From contig JBILLK010000011.1 of NCBI GenBank assembly GCA_044376115.1, positions 1-64,000 on the forward strand: 64,000 nt of DNA, read 5' to 3'. The translations under genes and the position numbers were made by a program. Positions 19,240 through 28,832 of this stretch are shown here, one piece after another. The number at the start of each line of letters is the position of its first letter. Positions within the stretch are counted from its first letter, which is position 1. This DNA is from Polyangiaceae bacterium. GTDB lineage: Bacteria > Myxococcota_A > Polyangia > Polyangiales > Polyangiaceae. Under the pieces are notes generated by a model, which was not told the DNA's origin, searched no databases, and saw nothing but the letters and a program-made list of their open reading frames with translations.

Positions 19240-20013
19240 CTAGCGATTCGGAAGAAGTCCGTCTTGAAGAATTCCGACAGGCCGAAGCTTGCCGGGCGTG
19301 CTCCCAAGTAGCCTTCGCAACTCGCGTGTGAGGTGGGGTTGGTCCGAATACCCCAAGTCGGCGGCGACGGCCGCTAGCGGATGCCCGCTACCGATGGCGC
19401 GGCGTGCTGCCCACGCCCGCTCGATACGCAGGTAGGTCTTTGGCGTGAGCCCGAGCCAGCGAAGACAGGCCCGCTGCAGGCTCCGTTCACAGCGTGAGAA
19501 TTCGTTCGTCAATTGCAAGCGACCCTCGCGTTCGCGGGCGCGCGCTACGAACTCGGTTACGAGGTCGGGAGGCGGGAACGCATCCAACGTTGTGCCGAGT
19601 AGGCGCTCGAGCCGGTCAACGTCGCGCCCGCCTTCATGCAGATAGCGGTCGATCGCGCGCATAGCCTCAGCGCCGCGTTCGAGTAGCGCAGCGCCGTACC
19701 CAGGACGCAACCGAATGCCAGTCACGCGCGTCCCCGCGTCCACCTGCGCGCCGTGCGCTGCGGCCACGGGCGTGTAGACCGTAGCCTGCGCCAACCCGCG
19801 CGTGCCGACGCGAACGATCAGATCGAAGCAACCGTCGGCGGCAATGGTGGCCTGGTGACTCGCACGAGGAGGTCGGCCGGTAACGTGCGCGCCCGTCTTG
19901 CTGGCCTCGTGAGGCGTATAGAACCAAACCGCAGCTACGGCTTTGTGGCTCCCGGGCCGCTCTGCGTAGCCGACTCTCTCAGCTTCCTTTGGCGTTGTTC
20001 GAGAGCCCACCAC
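19240..20013 (-). CDS. AraC family transcriptional regulator
   Basis: ADGC.DLI N-terminal motif; LA.VAADLGYSDQPHLTRE.RRL.G.TP. Confidence 0.85.
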   Translation of the reverse strand: MVGSRTTPKEAERVGYAERPGSHKAVAAVWFYTPHEASKTGAHVTGRPPRASHQATIAADGCFDLIVRVGTRGLAQATVYTPVAAAHGAQVDAGTRVTGIRLRPGYGAALLERGAEAMRAIDRYLHEGGRDVDRLERLLGTTLDAFPPPDLVTEFVARAREREGRLQLTNEFSRCERSLQRACLRWLGLTPKTYLRIERAWAARRAIGSGHPLAAVAADLGYSDQPHLTRELRRLLGSTPGKLRPVGILQDGLLPNR

Positions 20014-20019
20014 GTCGGA

Positions 20020-20625
20020 CTAACTCGGCTTGGTCGCGGTGACGAGGAACACCGGGTACTTGTTGTTCTCCTTGTGCACCACCACCGCCGTATCGAACTC
20101 GATCTCGACGAAGCCTGCGTCGCTTAGCAGTTGGCTGAAGTGCGCGCGATCGAAGCCTTGATGGAAGACCCCCTCGGTGTTCGGCGGGTGGAAGGTTCCG
20201 TCTTCGCTATCGAGATCGGCCAGAGCGATGCGCCCACCCGGCTCGAGATGGTTGAAGAGGGTGACAGCGAGGGCGCGCGTGTCTTCGACGTGGTGCATCG
20301 CCATCGCGCTCACCACCAGGTCTGCCCGTTCGGCCAGCGGACGATCGAGGATGTCCTGACAGAACGCGGTGACCTTTCCCTCGAGTTCCGGCTTGCTCAC
20401 GAGCTTTTCGAGCATCGCAGCCGAAATATCCACCGCGAGCAGCTTGCCGACGAACGGCGCGACCTTCGAGATCAGTAGTCCCGTCCCAGCTCCGAAATCC
20501 AGCACGCGCAGCTCTGCGGTCAGCTTCACGCGCGCCTTGATCGCGCCGAATACGCCTTCGGAGATTTGCAGCGGAAATGGCCGCGAGTCCCAGTCGCTGG
20601 CCTTGTCTCGGAAGAGGTCGTTCAT
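20020..20625 (-). CDS. Class I SAM-dependent methyltransferase
   Basis: VLDFGAGTG, AVDIS..M, DLVVS.MAMHHV, L.PGG.IA.ADL. Confidence 0.9.
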   Translation of the reverse strand: MNDLFRDKASDWDSRPFPLQISEGVFGAIKARVKLTAELRVLDFGAGTGLLISKVAPFVGKLLAVDISAAMLEKLVSKPELEGKVTAFCQDILDRPLAERADLVVSAMAMHHVEDTRALAVTLFNHLEPGGRIALADLDSEDGTFHPPNTEGVFHQGFDRAHFSQLLSDAGFVEIEFDTAVVVHKENNKYPVFLVTATKPS

Positions 20626-20736
20626 AGCGTAGCTTTAGCGCAGCCTGCGGAGTGAGCGGGCCCGATGTACGGCCTTGCTCCGAATGACCTAGCCATATTG
20701 ACCGAGCGGCTTGAAACGGAGGAGTGAGTGGATTAT

Positions 20737-20752
20737 ATCGTTAAATAACGAT
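20737..20752. promoter_or_regulatory. Putative ArsR operator overlapping the arsR start
   Basis: ATCGTTA-AA-TAACGAT perfect inverted repeat. Confidence 0.7.
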
Positions 20753-21092
20753 GAAGGCTGCCACGGGCTCTGGTTGCTGTCCCCCTTCGAGTGACCAGGT
20801 TGATCTGCGTCCGGTTGAAGGGGATGAGGCGGATGAGGAGCTCGCCACGTTGGCGAAGGCGCTGGGGCACCCGGCCAGGGTCAAGATCGTGCGCATCCTG
20901 ATTCAAAAGAATGCCTGCATATGCGGGGATATCGTGGAGGAGTTGCCGCTCGCGCAGTCCACCGTCTCGCAGCACCTCAAGGTGCTCAAAGAGGCTGGGC
21001 TCGTGCGTGGGGAAGTGGACGGTCCGCGCGTCTGCTACTGCATTGAGCCGCGGTCGCTGCGGCGGCTGCGGGCCTTGGTCGGAGCGCTTTGA
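20751..21092 (+). CDS. arsR: ArsR family arsenite-responsive repressor
   Basis: [38 protein letters not shown]-terminal CC; heads the ars operon. Confidence 0.9.
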   Translation: MKAATGSGCCPPSSDQVDLRPVEGDEADEELATLAKALGHPARVKIVRILIQKNACICGDIVEELPLAQSTVSQHLKVLKEAGLVRGEVDGPRVCYCIEPRSLRRLRALVGAL

Positions 21093-21116
21093 AGGGTCTC
21101 AGCGTTGGCAGTTGTC

Positions 21117-21132
21117 ATCGTTTATCGCCGAT
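21117..21132. promoter_or_regulatory. Second putative ArsR operator upstream of acr3
   Basis: ATCG-TTTATCGC-CGAT, same ATCG-N8-CGAT geometry as 20737-20752. Confidence 0.55.
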
Positions 21133-21177
21133 GTACGGGCGGTGCGCCGGCGAGCCTTCTCCGCACGGGGAACTGCG

Positions 21178-22260
21178 ATGAGCGCCAAGCCCACGTCCGG
21201 CCTACTCGCCAAGCTCTCCTTCCTCGACCGCTATTTGACGCTGTGGATCTTTCTAGCCATGGGGCTTGGCGTAGCGCTCGGCTTCCTCGTACCGAGCTTC
21301 ACGACCACGCTCAGTCGCCTGAGCGTAGGTTCTACGTCGGTTCCAATCGCGGTCGGCTTGGTGCTGATGATGTACCCACCGCTAGCGAAGGTTCGCTACG
21401 AGGAGCTGGGCAAGGTCTTTCGCAACAAGCGGGTGCTAGCGCTCTCCTTGGTGCAGAACTGGGTGGTCGGTCCGCTGTTGATGTTCGGGCTCGCGGTCCT
21501 CTTCCTGCGGGACAAGCCGGAATACATGCTTGGGCTCATTCTGATCGGGCTCGCCCGCTGCATCGCCATGGTGATCGTTTGGAATGATCTAGCCAAGGGG
21601 GACACGGAGTATTGCGCGGGGCTCGTCGCCTTCAACTCGATCTTCCAGGTGCTGTTCTTCTCGGTCTACGCCTACTTCTTCGCCACGTTGTTGCCGACCT
21701 GGCTCGGTCTCGGCGGAGCGGTGGTTCAGATCGGCATCGCTGATATCGCCAAGAGCGTCGCCATTTATCTCGGGCTGCCGTTTGGCGCGGGGTTCTTGAC
21801 GCGCCGGGTGCTGGTGCAGGTCAAAGGGCGCGCGTGGTACGAGCAAACGTTCGTCCCGCGCATCAGTCCGATCACGCTGGTCGCGCTGCTGTTCACCATC
21901 GTGGTGATGTTCTCGCTCAAGGGCGAAGCGATCGTGGAGCTGCCGCTCGACGTGCTTCGCATCGCGGCTCCTCTGCTCGTCTACTTCATCGTGATGTTTG
22001 GGGTCTCCTTCGTGATGAGCAAGCAAGTGGGAGCGGACTACAAGCAAACGGTCACGCTCTCGTTCACTGCTGCTTCCAACAACTTCGAGTTGGCCATCGC
22101 AGTCGCGATCGCCAGCTTTGGTATTCACAGCGGTGCCGCTTTCGCCGCGGTGATCGGTCCGCTGGTTGAGGTGCCTGTGCTGATTGGCTTGGTCAATGTC
22201 GCGCTGTGGGCTCAGCGGCGCTTCTTTCGACTCAGCAGCGAGGCCGCCATCGCCGAATAG
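21178..22260 (+). CDS. acr3: ACR3 family arsenite efflux transporter
   Basis: [55 protein letters not shown]. Confidence 0.97.
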   Translation: MSAKPTSGLLAKLSFLDRYLTLWIFLAMGLGVALGFLVPSFTTTLSRLSVGSTSVPIAVGLVLMMYPPLAKVRYEELGKVFRNKRVLALSLVQNWVVGPLLMFGLAVLFLRDKPEYMLGLILIGLARCIAMVIVWNDLAKGDTEYCAGLVAFNSIFQVLFFSVYAYFFATLLPTWLGLGGAVVQIGIADIAKSVAIYLGLPFGAGFLTRRVLVQVKGRAWYEQTFVPRISPITLVALLFTIVVMFSLKGEAIVELPLDVLRIAAPLLVYFIVMFGVSFVMSKQVGADYKQTVTLSFTAASNNFELAIAVAIASFGIHSGAAFAAVIGPLVEVPVLIGLVNVALWAQRRFFRLSSEAAIAE

Positions 22261-22318
22261 GGCGTTGAGCTGCGTCCTTTGTTCGAGAAGGCCGTCTTCA
22301 TCCGCGGAGGTAACGAAG

Positions 22319-23149
22319 ATGAACGAAAATACGAAGGATGAAGTGCGCTCTATGGTCCGCGAACAATACGGCAAGGTTGCAAGGGCGTCCGGAGCTGCAA
22401 GTTGCGCACCCGGATGCTGCGGTCCCAGCGCTGGCGCAAGCCTCGCACTCGGCTACTCCCCTGAGGATCTGGCTGCCGTCCCCGAAGGCGCGAACATGGG
22501 CCTCGGCTGCGGGAACCCGCAGGCGATCGCCAGCCTCAAGGCCGGGGAGACGGTGCTCGATCTCGGCGCGGGAGGCGGCTTTGATTGCTTCCTCGCGGCG
22601 AAGCGTGTTGGACCCAGCGGCCTCGTGATCGGCGTCGACATGACGCCGGATATGGTCTCCAAGGCTCGGGCCAACGCCCGAAAGCTCGAGGCCAACAATG
22701 TCGACTTTCGACTCGGAGAGATCGAGCACTTGCCGGTGCCCGACGGCACTGTGGACGTCATCCTCTCCAACTGCGTCATCAACCTCAGCCCCGACAAGCG
22801 CGCCGTGTTCGAGAGTGCCTTCCGCGTGCTCAAGCCGGGAGGGCGGCTGGCCATCTCCGACGTGGTGATGACGAAGGCGCTCCCCGAGGCGCTCGCGAAT
22901 GACGTCGCCGCGCTCACCGGGTGCGTCGCGGGGGCGGCCAGCGTCGAGCTCGTACAGAGCCTGCTGGTCGCGGCCGGCTTCGAGCAGGTGCGTGTGGAGG
23001 TAAACCGCGCGAGCCGCGACTTCATCCGTGACTGGATGCCCGGCTCCGGGATCGAAGAGCACGTTGCTTCGGCGACGATCGAGGCGGTCAAGCCAGGTGG
23101 CAAGTCCTGCTGCGGCCCTGCCTGCTGCGCACCGGAGACTTCGGCATGA
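22319..23149 (+). CDS. arsM: Arsenite S-adenosylmethyltransferase
   Basis: [38 protein letters not shown]; terminal CC clusters; GGAGG RBS. Confidence 0.93.
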   Translation: MNENTKDEVRSMVREQYGKVARASGAASCAPGCCGPSAGASLALGYSPEDLAAVPEGANMGLGCGNPQAIASLKAGETVLDLGAGGGFDCFLAAKRVGPSGLVIGVDMTPDMVSKARANARKLEANNVDFRLGEIEHLPVPDGTVDVILSNCVINLSPDKRAVFESAFRVLKPGGRLAISDVVMTKALPEALANDVAALTGCVAGAASVELVQSLLVAAGFEQVRVEVNRASRDFIRDWMPGSGIEEHVASATIEAVKPGGKSCCGPACCAPETSA

Positions 23150-23721
23150 TTGATCCGGCTGCGCGCGGGACCTGGCAGGATTTGACCGTCAAACTGCGGC
23201 CGTTCATTGCGCATCGTGTTCGCGCCGCAGCCGACGTTGATGACGTTCTTCAGGACGTCTTCCTTCGAATGCAGCGCGGCCTGGCCGGGCTCCGTGACGA
23301 TCAGCGCTTCGGCCCCTGGGTCTACCAGGTCGCTCGCAGCGCGATCGCCGATCACCAGCGCGCAGCCCAGCGTCACCCGCTTGCCGATGGCAAGCCGCTC
23401 GAGGAGTGTGCTGCGGTCGAAGACGATGAGAGCAGCGTCGCACTCGAACTCGCGAGCTACATCGCTCCCTTCGTTGCGACGCTGCCCTCGCCCTATCGCG
23501 AGGCCCTCACGCTCACCGAGCTCGAGGGGCTAACGCAGAAGGACGCTGCGTTGATGCTCGGGATCTCGCTTTCGGGGATGAAGTCGCGCGTTCAACGAGG
23601 TCGGCAGCAGCTACGCAAAGCCTTCGAAGACTGCTGCCATATTGCGCTCGACGTGCGCGGTCGCGTGGTGGCCTGCGCGCCGCGCACGGACGGCAAGCTG
23701 CCGAACGGATGCTGTGAGTAG
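23146..23721 (+). CDS. sigZ: ECF RNA polymerase sigma factor, SigZ-type
   Basis: [43 protein letters not shown]...F..CC; ATGA-coupled to arsM. Confidence 0.85.
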   Translation: MIDPAARGTWQDLTVKLRPFIAHRVRAAADVDDVLQDVFLRMQRGLAGLRDDQRFGPWVYQVARSAIADHQRAAQRHPLADGKPLEECAAVEDDESSVALELASYIAPFVATLPSPYREALTLTELEGLTQKDAALMLGISLSGMKSRVQRGRQQLRKAFEDCCHIALDVRGRVVACAPRTDGKLPNGCCE

Positions 23722-23915
23722 GTCTGAAGCTCGAGCGCGGAGCTTGAGCAAAGGCCGCCTGGATCGGAGCGGGCTAGTTGAGCAAGCACCAATGCCCTGA
23801 CTGTGCAATGGCCCTTTCACAATTCGCTCTCGCGGAGCCGCTCTCGATACCTCCTCGGACACAGGCGATCGCGGGTGGCGCTGGAGATCTGCCAGGGGCG
23901 ACACAGGCTTTGTGT

Positions 23916-24122
23916 ATGCACTCCAGATTATTGCAGCCCCGAACGTGGCTGCTGTTCGCCTTATTCGCCAGCGTCGGCTGCGCGTCGTCGCTCGAGGCCA
24001 ATGGTGAAGGCCCTGCGTCCCCCGGTCGCGCCGTATTCATCAAGAAACAGTGGAACGGCACGCGAATCCTGATCTGCGAAGGAGGGCCGACCGATGCGGT
24101 CTGTTATGAGAAGCCGAACTGA
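23916..24122 (+). CDS. Small putative lipoprotein
   Basis: LLFALFASVGC lipobox-like; overlaps the next start. Confidence 0.45.
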   Translation: MHSRLLQPRTWLLFALFASVGCASSLEANGEGPASPGRAVFIKKQWNGTRILICEGGPTDAVCYEKPN

Positions 24123-24501
24123 GCCGCGCTTTCGCCGACTCCTACACCTGCTGTTGATGGCTGCGGCCTCGTTGCTCGTGGGCTGTACCCACGTGAAGTT
24201 CTCCCAGCAGAATCCGCAAACGGGGGAGGTCTGGACGGTGCACGAGCACACCTTCGGCAGCGACACGGTCTCGTATTGCCCGTCCCCGGCTACGGGCGGC
24301 AGCTGTCGAAGGGCGCGGATGTTGGACAACCCTCCAGCCGTCTCACCTGCTGCGTGGGGTAATCCGGCTCCGGCGCCCTTCCCCGGCAACCCTCAACAGC
24401 CGCCTCCAGGGCAGCCACCTTTTGGGCTGCCCCTTCCGCCCGGGTGGAACCTCCCACCGACGAGCTTTCCGTTTCCTCAGGTCTTTCCGCCCCCGCAGTA
24501 G
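24106..24501 (+). CDS. Putative lipoprotein with Pro-rich tail
   Basis: AASLLVGC lipobox; low-complexity P/Q/F C-terminus. Confidence 0.6.
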   Translation: MRSRTEPRFRRLLHLLLMAAASLLVGCTHVKFSQQNPQTGEVWTVHEHTFGSDTVSYCPSPATGGSCRRARMLDNPPAVSPAAWGNPAPAPFPGNPQQPPPGQPPFGLPLPPGWNLPPTSFPFPQVFPPPQ

Positions 24502-24606
24502 CGGACGGTATGCTTCGACAAAAGCGAAGCCTTGCTGAAAGATTTCCACCGAAGGTGGAGTTAGCTGACGCCTGTAAGGCCTTCGTTCGCCTCTCGTTGT
24601 TGGCCC

Positions 24607-25293
24607 ATGTGGAGAGCGCTGGCCGTCGGATTGATCGTGGCGTGTACCTGCTTGTTTTCGCGCAGCGCCAACGCCCGGCAATGGCAGGAGGAATGGCCAG
24701 CAGACATGCCGCGGCCCGTCGCTGAGCCTTCGGAGCCCCAGGGCCTGCTGGTCGGGCTTGAAGCGCTGACCAAGGTGCTTGGGTTCGACGGCCTCGAGTT
24801 CTCCTCGGACGAGGCTGCGGCGAATCAGTCCGGGGCGCTCGTGGGGCTCGCCGGCTTGGTACGTCTTGGGTACGTGGTGAGGCCTTGGCGGCTCTTTTGG
24901 CGCGCTGGCGCAGGCAAATTCTTGAGCAATCCCAGCCTCTCAGCGGTGAGTTCAGAGGCGAGAGCCATGCAAGGTGAGGGCGGAGTCCTGCTCCACGTGA
25001 GTGGGGGCGCCGGCTGGACCATCCCAGCAGGGCCGGTGGAGTTGGTGATGGAGCATGAGCTCGGCTTCTCCAGCGCCAGCGTCGATCGCCCCGGTGATCA
25101 GCCAAGCCTCATGAGCTTCTTGTTCGAGCCAACGGTGCGCTTTGGGCTGCGCACGTGCTCGCGAGACGGTGCATGTCTCGAGAGCACGTTGGGCGCGGCG
25201 CCTGCCTATAGCTCCACCGGCGACGTCGGCTTTTCGGGGACGTTGGTGCTCTCGGCCAACATGGACTTCAGCCTCCAGCAAGTTCGGCGCTGA
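24607..25293 (+). CDS. Secreted protein, possible outer-membrane beta-barrel
   Basis: Signal peptide ending ANA; alternating Gly/hydrophobic strands. Confidence 0.55.
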   Translation: MWRALAVGLIVACTCLFSRSANARQWQEEWPADMPRPVAEPSEPQGLLVGLEALTKVLGFDGLEFSSDEAAANQSGALVGLAGLVRLGYVVRPWRLFWRAGAGKFLSNPSLSAVSSEARAMQGEGGVLLHVSGGAGWTIPAGPVELVMEHELGFSSASVDRPGDQPSLMSFLFEPTVRFGLRTCSRDGACLESTLGAAPAYSSTGDVGFSGTLVLSANMDFSLQQVRR

Positions 25294-25318
25294 CGACCAC
25301 AGGCTCGAGTCTCCGCCG

Positions 25319-26035
25319 CTAAACTTCGTTGGCGAACTCGAGCAGCTGCGGAGTGGTTGCACTCGAGAGGTCGGCGGTGATCTCGCTTACGATCCGTCGA
25401 TGGGTCTCCGGCTCGTGCGCGGCCAAAAACTCGATTAGGTGACGCGCGGCGCTGCTCTTGCCGGTGCCGTGGCCGACAATGACGATGTCGCTCGTCCCAA
25501 CCAGCGCCCCAGCGATCTTCTTGTAGAACAAAGGGTCCTCGTGAATCCGCTGGCCCGGTTCGCGTGATTCGCTCTTGTGCGTGAGATGATGGAGGAAGTG
25601 GTGCGGGTCGTACGGGTGGATCGTGCGCTTGGTAGCCCCAGCCGCGGCTGCATCAACGCGGAAGATCTTCGCCTCGTGGTGGTCGACGACGACCATCAGC
25701 GTCGGAGCCGTCAGCGTGGGCAGCCTCGGCGTCGGGGGTTGCCCATGCAACCAGCCCGCTCGTTCCATGAACTGTCGCACCAGCATTACCTCCGCGCCGC
25801 TTAGATCCTTGTTGTGCGGTTCGCGTACGAGAAGGCGCTCGTGCGCGAGTTTGAAAACGAACTCACCACGTCCCTTCCTCTCGACTTCGCCAAGCCGATC
25901 CATCAACGCGAGCACCTCGCGCCATTCGAGGTTGTGCGCCAATGGGTGGCGAAAGAGCATCTCGATGGTTTGGTCCTGAGCGCTAAACGCGCGGTGCTTT
26001 GGGCTGGACTTAGACTCGATTACGGCTGGCTTCAT
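25319..26035 (-). CDS. Two-domain protein: HicA-like N-terminus plus eRF1 domain-2-like (baeRF/host-attachment type) C-terminus
   Basis: LFRHP..HNLEWREV.AL...LG...EPH.K...VRQF..RAG; then VVVDHHEAKIF...FY..IA.AL....IVIVGHGTGKS...L..F; GGAG RBS. Confidence 0.7.
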   Translation of the reverse strand: MKPAVIESKSSPKHRAFSAQDQTIEMLFRHPLAHNLEWREVLALMDRLGEVERKGRGEFVFKLAHERLLVREPHNKDLSGAEVMLVRQFMERAGWLHGQPPTPRLPTLTAPTLMVVVDHHEAKIFRVDAAAAGATKRTIHPYDPHHFLHHLTHKSESREPGQRIHEDPLFYKKIAGALVGTSDIVIVGHGTGKSSAARHLIEFLAAHEPETHRRIVSEITADLSSATTPQLLEFANEV

Positions 26036-26196
26036 GTGTGTCTCTCCTTCGTGGCAAACGAGTGATGACGATTGCTAAGTAGGGCTCAAGTCAACGAGAC
26101 GGCTTTGTCGAAGAGTCGAGGAGTTCGACGATGACTTGGCTGACGGGCGCGCGATCGGCGCGCCCAAGACCGCCCCACCTGGGGCGAGGGCGTCGG

Positions 26197-27000
26197 TTAC
26201 GCGCGTACTGAGCGGGGGATTGGGGCGGGCGTATGGGTGGCAGCAGGGCTTTCCCAATACGTGGGGCGCCCGTAGTAGTCGAAGAGCTCTACTTCGTATT
26301 TGCGATTCACGCCTGCGGTCGGATTCCACTCAGGACTGTCCTTGATGGCCTTCCTCGACAGGTCAAGGCGCACGAGTCGATCAGCCCAACTGATGCTGTC
26401 GGCCCAGTGAGGTGCAACGAGCACCTTCTTGCCAAACCACCAGTTGCTCGTGTCGACTACGAGATAGCGAAGATGCCAGGTCTCGTCGTCTACGATGAAG
26501 TCCTCGACATGTCCGATCGTGTCGTCGGTCCCTTGAATGTGATAGCCGCGAACTTCGCTTGCGCTGCGTAAGTGGGTATCCGCTGGAGCTTCTGCAAGTT
26601 GGTTGCTGCCAGGGATGTTCCAACCCGGGTCTGCGAGCAAACTTGGATAGGTGCCGAGTCCCCACGCTCCTGGGTATCCCCAGTAGGACGGATACCCGTA
26701 GTAGCCGTAGTAGTCCCGCTCGTGCTGGCGCGACACGGGCCTGTCGACATCGATCCCTGGAGAGTTCTTCACTTTCTCGCGCGTGAGTGCGACGTGAAAA
26801 CGCCGGGAACCCCAATCCGCCTGTTGAAAGGAGATCGGCGTAATCAGAACCCGACGGCTATCGAAGAATCCATCGGTGTCGGCAACAAGGTAGCGAACCA
26901 CCCATCGATCGTCGTCGAACAGGAAATCAACGACGGTTCCAATGTCACCGTCGCTCGCGCTGACGTCGTACCGCTCAAGATCTTTCAGGCTTCGTAGCAT
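26197..27000 (-). CDS. PRC-barrel domain protein (two barrels)
   Basis: A.DGDIG.V.DFLFDD..W.VRYLV.DT, repeated as IGHVEDFIVDDETW.LRYLVVDT. Confidence 0.9.
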   Translation of the reverse strand: MLRSLKDLERYDVSASDGDIGTVVDFLFDDDRWVVRYLVADTDGFFDSRRVLITPISFQQADWGSRRFHVALTREKVKNSPGIDVDRPVSRQHERDYYGYYGYPSYWGYPGAWGLGTYPSLLADPGWNIPGSNQLAEAPADTHLRSASEVRGYHIQGTDDTIGHVEDFIVDDETWHLRYLVVDTSNWWFGKKVLVAPHWADSISWADRLVRLDLSRKAIKDSPEWNPTAGVNRKYEVELFDYYGRPTYWESPAATHTPAPIPRSVRA

Positions 27001-27118
27001 GGCTCTTTCTTCGCTCGCGGGGTTACCGCTCTGTGCGGACCGCGTGCAGCTCGAGCGCTGCACGATCGGTGCCGCCTCGGGCCCCTAGTGGAGGCTCAGC
27101 GATTGCTGAGTAGGCGGC

Positions 27119-27326
27119 ATGCTCTCCACGACTGAAGCAACCATGCATGAGAACGCGCGGATCCTCTCCGGTGCAGGTGCTGGGTGCCGAGCCCAACCTA
27201 CTGACGATCCTCGACCACATTGAAGCGGAGCTGCTGGCCGCTCGCGGCTCGCGCGCGGCAAGTGCAGCCGACGTTGTTCGCCTCGCCCGCTTTTCGCTAG
27301 TCGCCGCAGCAACCGCGCAATCATGA
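27119..27326 (+). pseudogene. Internally deleted, frameshifted paralogue of 31023..31451
   Basis: MLSTTEATMHENARIL joined out of frame at ~27167 to PVQVLGAEPNLLTILDHIEAEL...VVRLARFSL, matching both ends of the 31023 protein. Confidence 0.85.
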
Positions 27327-27656
27327 AGCCCGCATGGGGCACATGAAATGCCCCAGATGTGTCAGACGTGCGTGCGCCCAGCCTAGCGATCGGGCGAATC
27401 ACTCACGCAGCGCAGCGCATCACGTGGCCTGCCTCCTGCACTCCACGGCCAGATCCAGTCTGCGCTCCAACGCCGGTGATCGACCACGTGCAGATGCAGA
27501 TGACCAACTAATCAGTGAACGCCACCCTCGGCGCTAAGCGTCGAGCGGTCGTCGTGTTGATCGAAAGAAGGATTTGCCAATGTGCGACCGTACGTTCACC
27601 CGCTCGTTGCGCATACGCACCCTGGCTGCCTCGGCTTGTAGCGCAGCCTTGAGCCA

Positions 27657-28832
27657 ATGGTGACCGCGCGCGCCACGCTGCCGCTCGCTCCGAGCAGCAC
27701 GCCGCCTCTACGCGTTCGTACCCAAGCGCCGGCAGAGCCAAAGGCCGATCCTCCTCGCCCAAGCGTCGAATCGCGCTTTGGGTTGGGCTCGCCGTCGTTA
27801 CGGTACTTGGCGTCTTTGGGGCGATACAGGTGATTCGCATCGTTCGCAGGCCACCGGAGGTGGTCGTGGTCGCGGTGCAGGTTGAGGAGGTCACCCGCCT
27901 GCTGGCGGTGACCGGTAGGGTCGAGGCCGCGCAGACGGTTGTCGTCGGTCCGCAGTCCTCGGGTCGGATCACCGAAATCGTTCGGCGCGAGGGTGAGCGA
28001 GTAAAGAAGGGCGAGGTGCTTTGTCGTCTTGCGGACACCTCCGCAAAGTCCGACGTCATTCAACAAGAGGCTGCTCTTTCCTCGAAGCAACAGGATCTGA
28101 CTCAAGCGCGCCGCGATCTCGCACGCACGTCGGCTCTCGTTGCGGGAGGTGCTATCGCGGGCGCTGAGCTTGAGTCTTCACAGCTGCTCGTGTCGCGCGC
28201 CACCGAGGACGTTCGACGACTCTCTGCGGTCCTCAGCGAAGGTAAATCGCAGCTCGTTCTGCTCGCTCCCTTCGATGGGATGATCATCCGCCGCAACGGC
28301 GAAGTCGGACAAGTCGTGGGAGCTCAGAGCGCACTCTTCGAGATTGCGACGGTGGAGGCCGCCCGCGTCTCGGCCGAGGTGGATGAGCGCTACGTGCGTG
28401 CGCTTCGGCCCGGTATGCGCGCGGAGATCCTGCCCGTCGGAGCTGAGGACGGCAGCGTCGCCGCCGTCGTCTCCTACGTTGCGCAGGCCGTAGATCCACA
28501 GACTGGCGCCGCGACTGTGCGCTTCGCCTACGCACAGGTTCCAAAAGACCTTCTGCTTGGAATGTCCGTCGACGTAAACATTAGCGTCGAGTCGATTGCC
28601 AGTGCTGTCACCATTCCGCGCGAAGCGGTGGGTGGTGGAGGAGAACACCCTTTCGTGCTCATCGTCAGCGATGGTCACGTCGAAGAGCGAGCCATCACCA
28701 GTCGACGACTGGCCCGCCTCGATCGTGGTCGTGAGGTCTGGTCTCGAGCAGGGTGAGTTCACGCTGCTCGATCCCAAAGGGGCTGCGGTTGGTGCCAACG
28801 TTCGCTCCAAGGTGGCGGCTAATGGTCATTGA
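27657..28832 (+). pseudogene. Efflux periplasmic adaptor (MFP/HlyD-like) with two apparent frameshifts
   Basis: G.I..I.RREG..VKKG.VL, APFDG.I...G.VV, VDP.TG motifs; ATG 27657 is out of frame with the TM helix (shift ~27760); C-terminus continues in another frame after ~28700 to a stop overlapping the permease start. Confidence 0.75.

Noticed and set aside
21589..23376. Long antisense ORFs over acr3 and arsM (and similar ones across the window)
   Set aside because: Shadow frames expected from high-GC codon bias; they carry no protein motifs.
27327..27656. Riboswitch or ncRNA upstream of the ABC exporter
   Set aside because: Only a short GGGGCA/TGCCCC hairpin; I recognised no riboswitch consensus.
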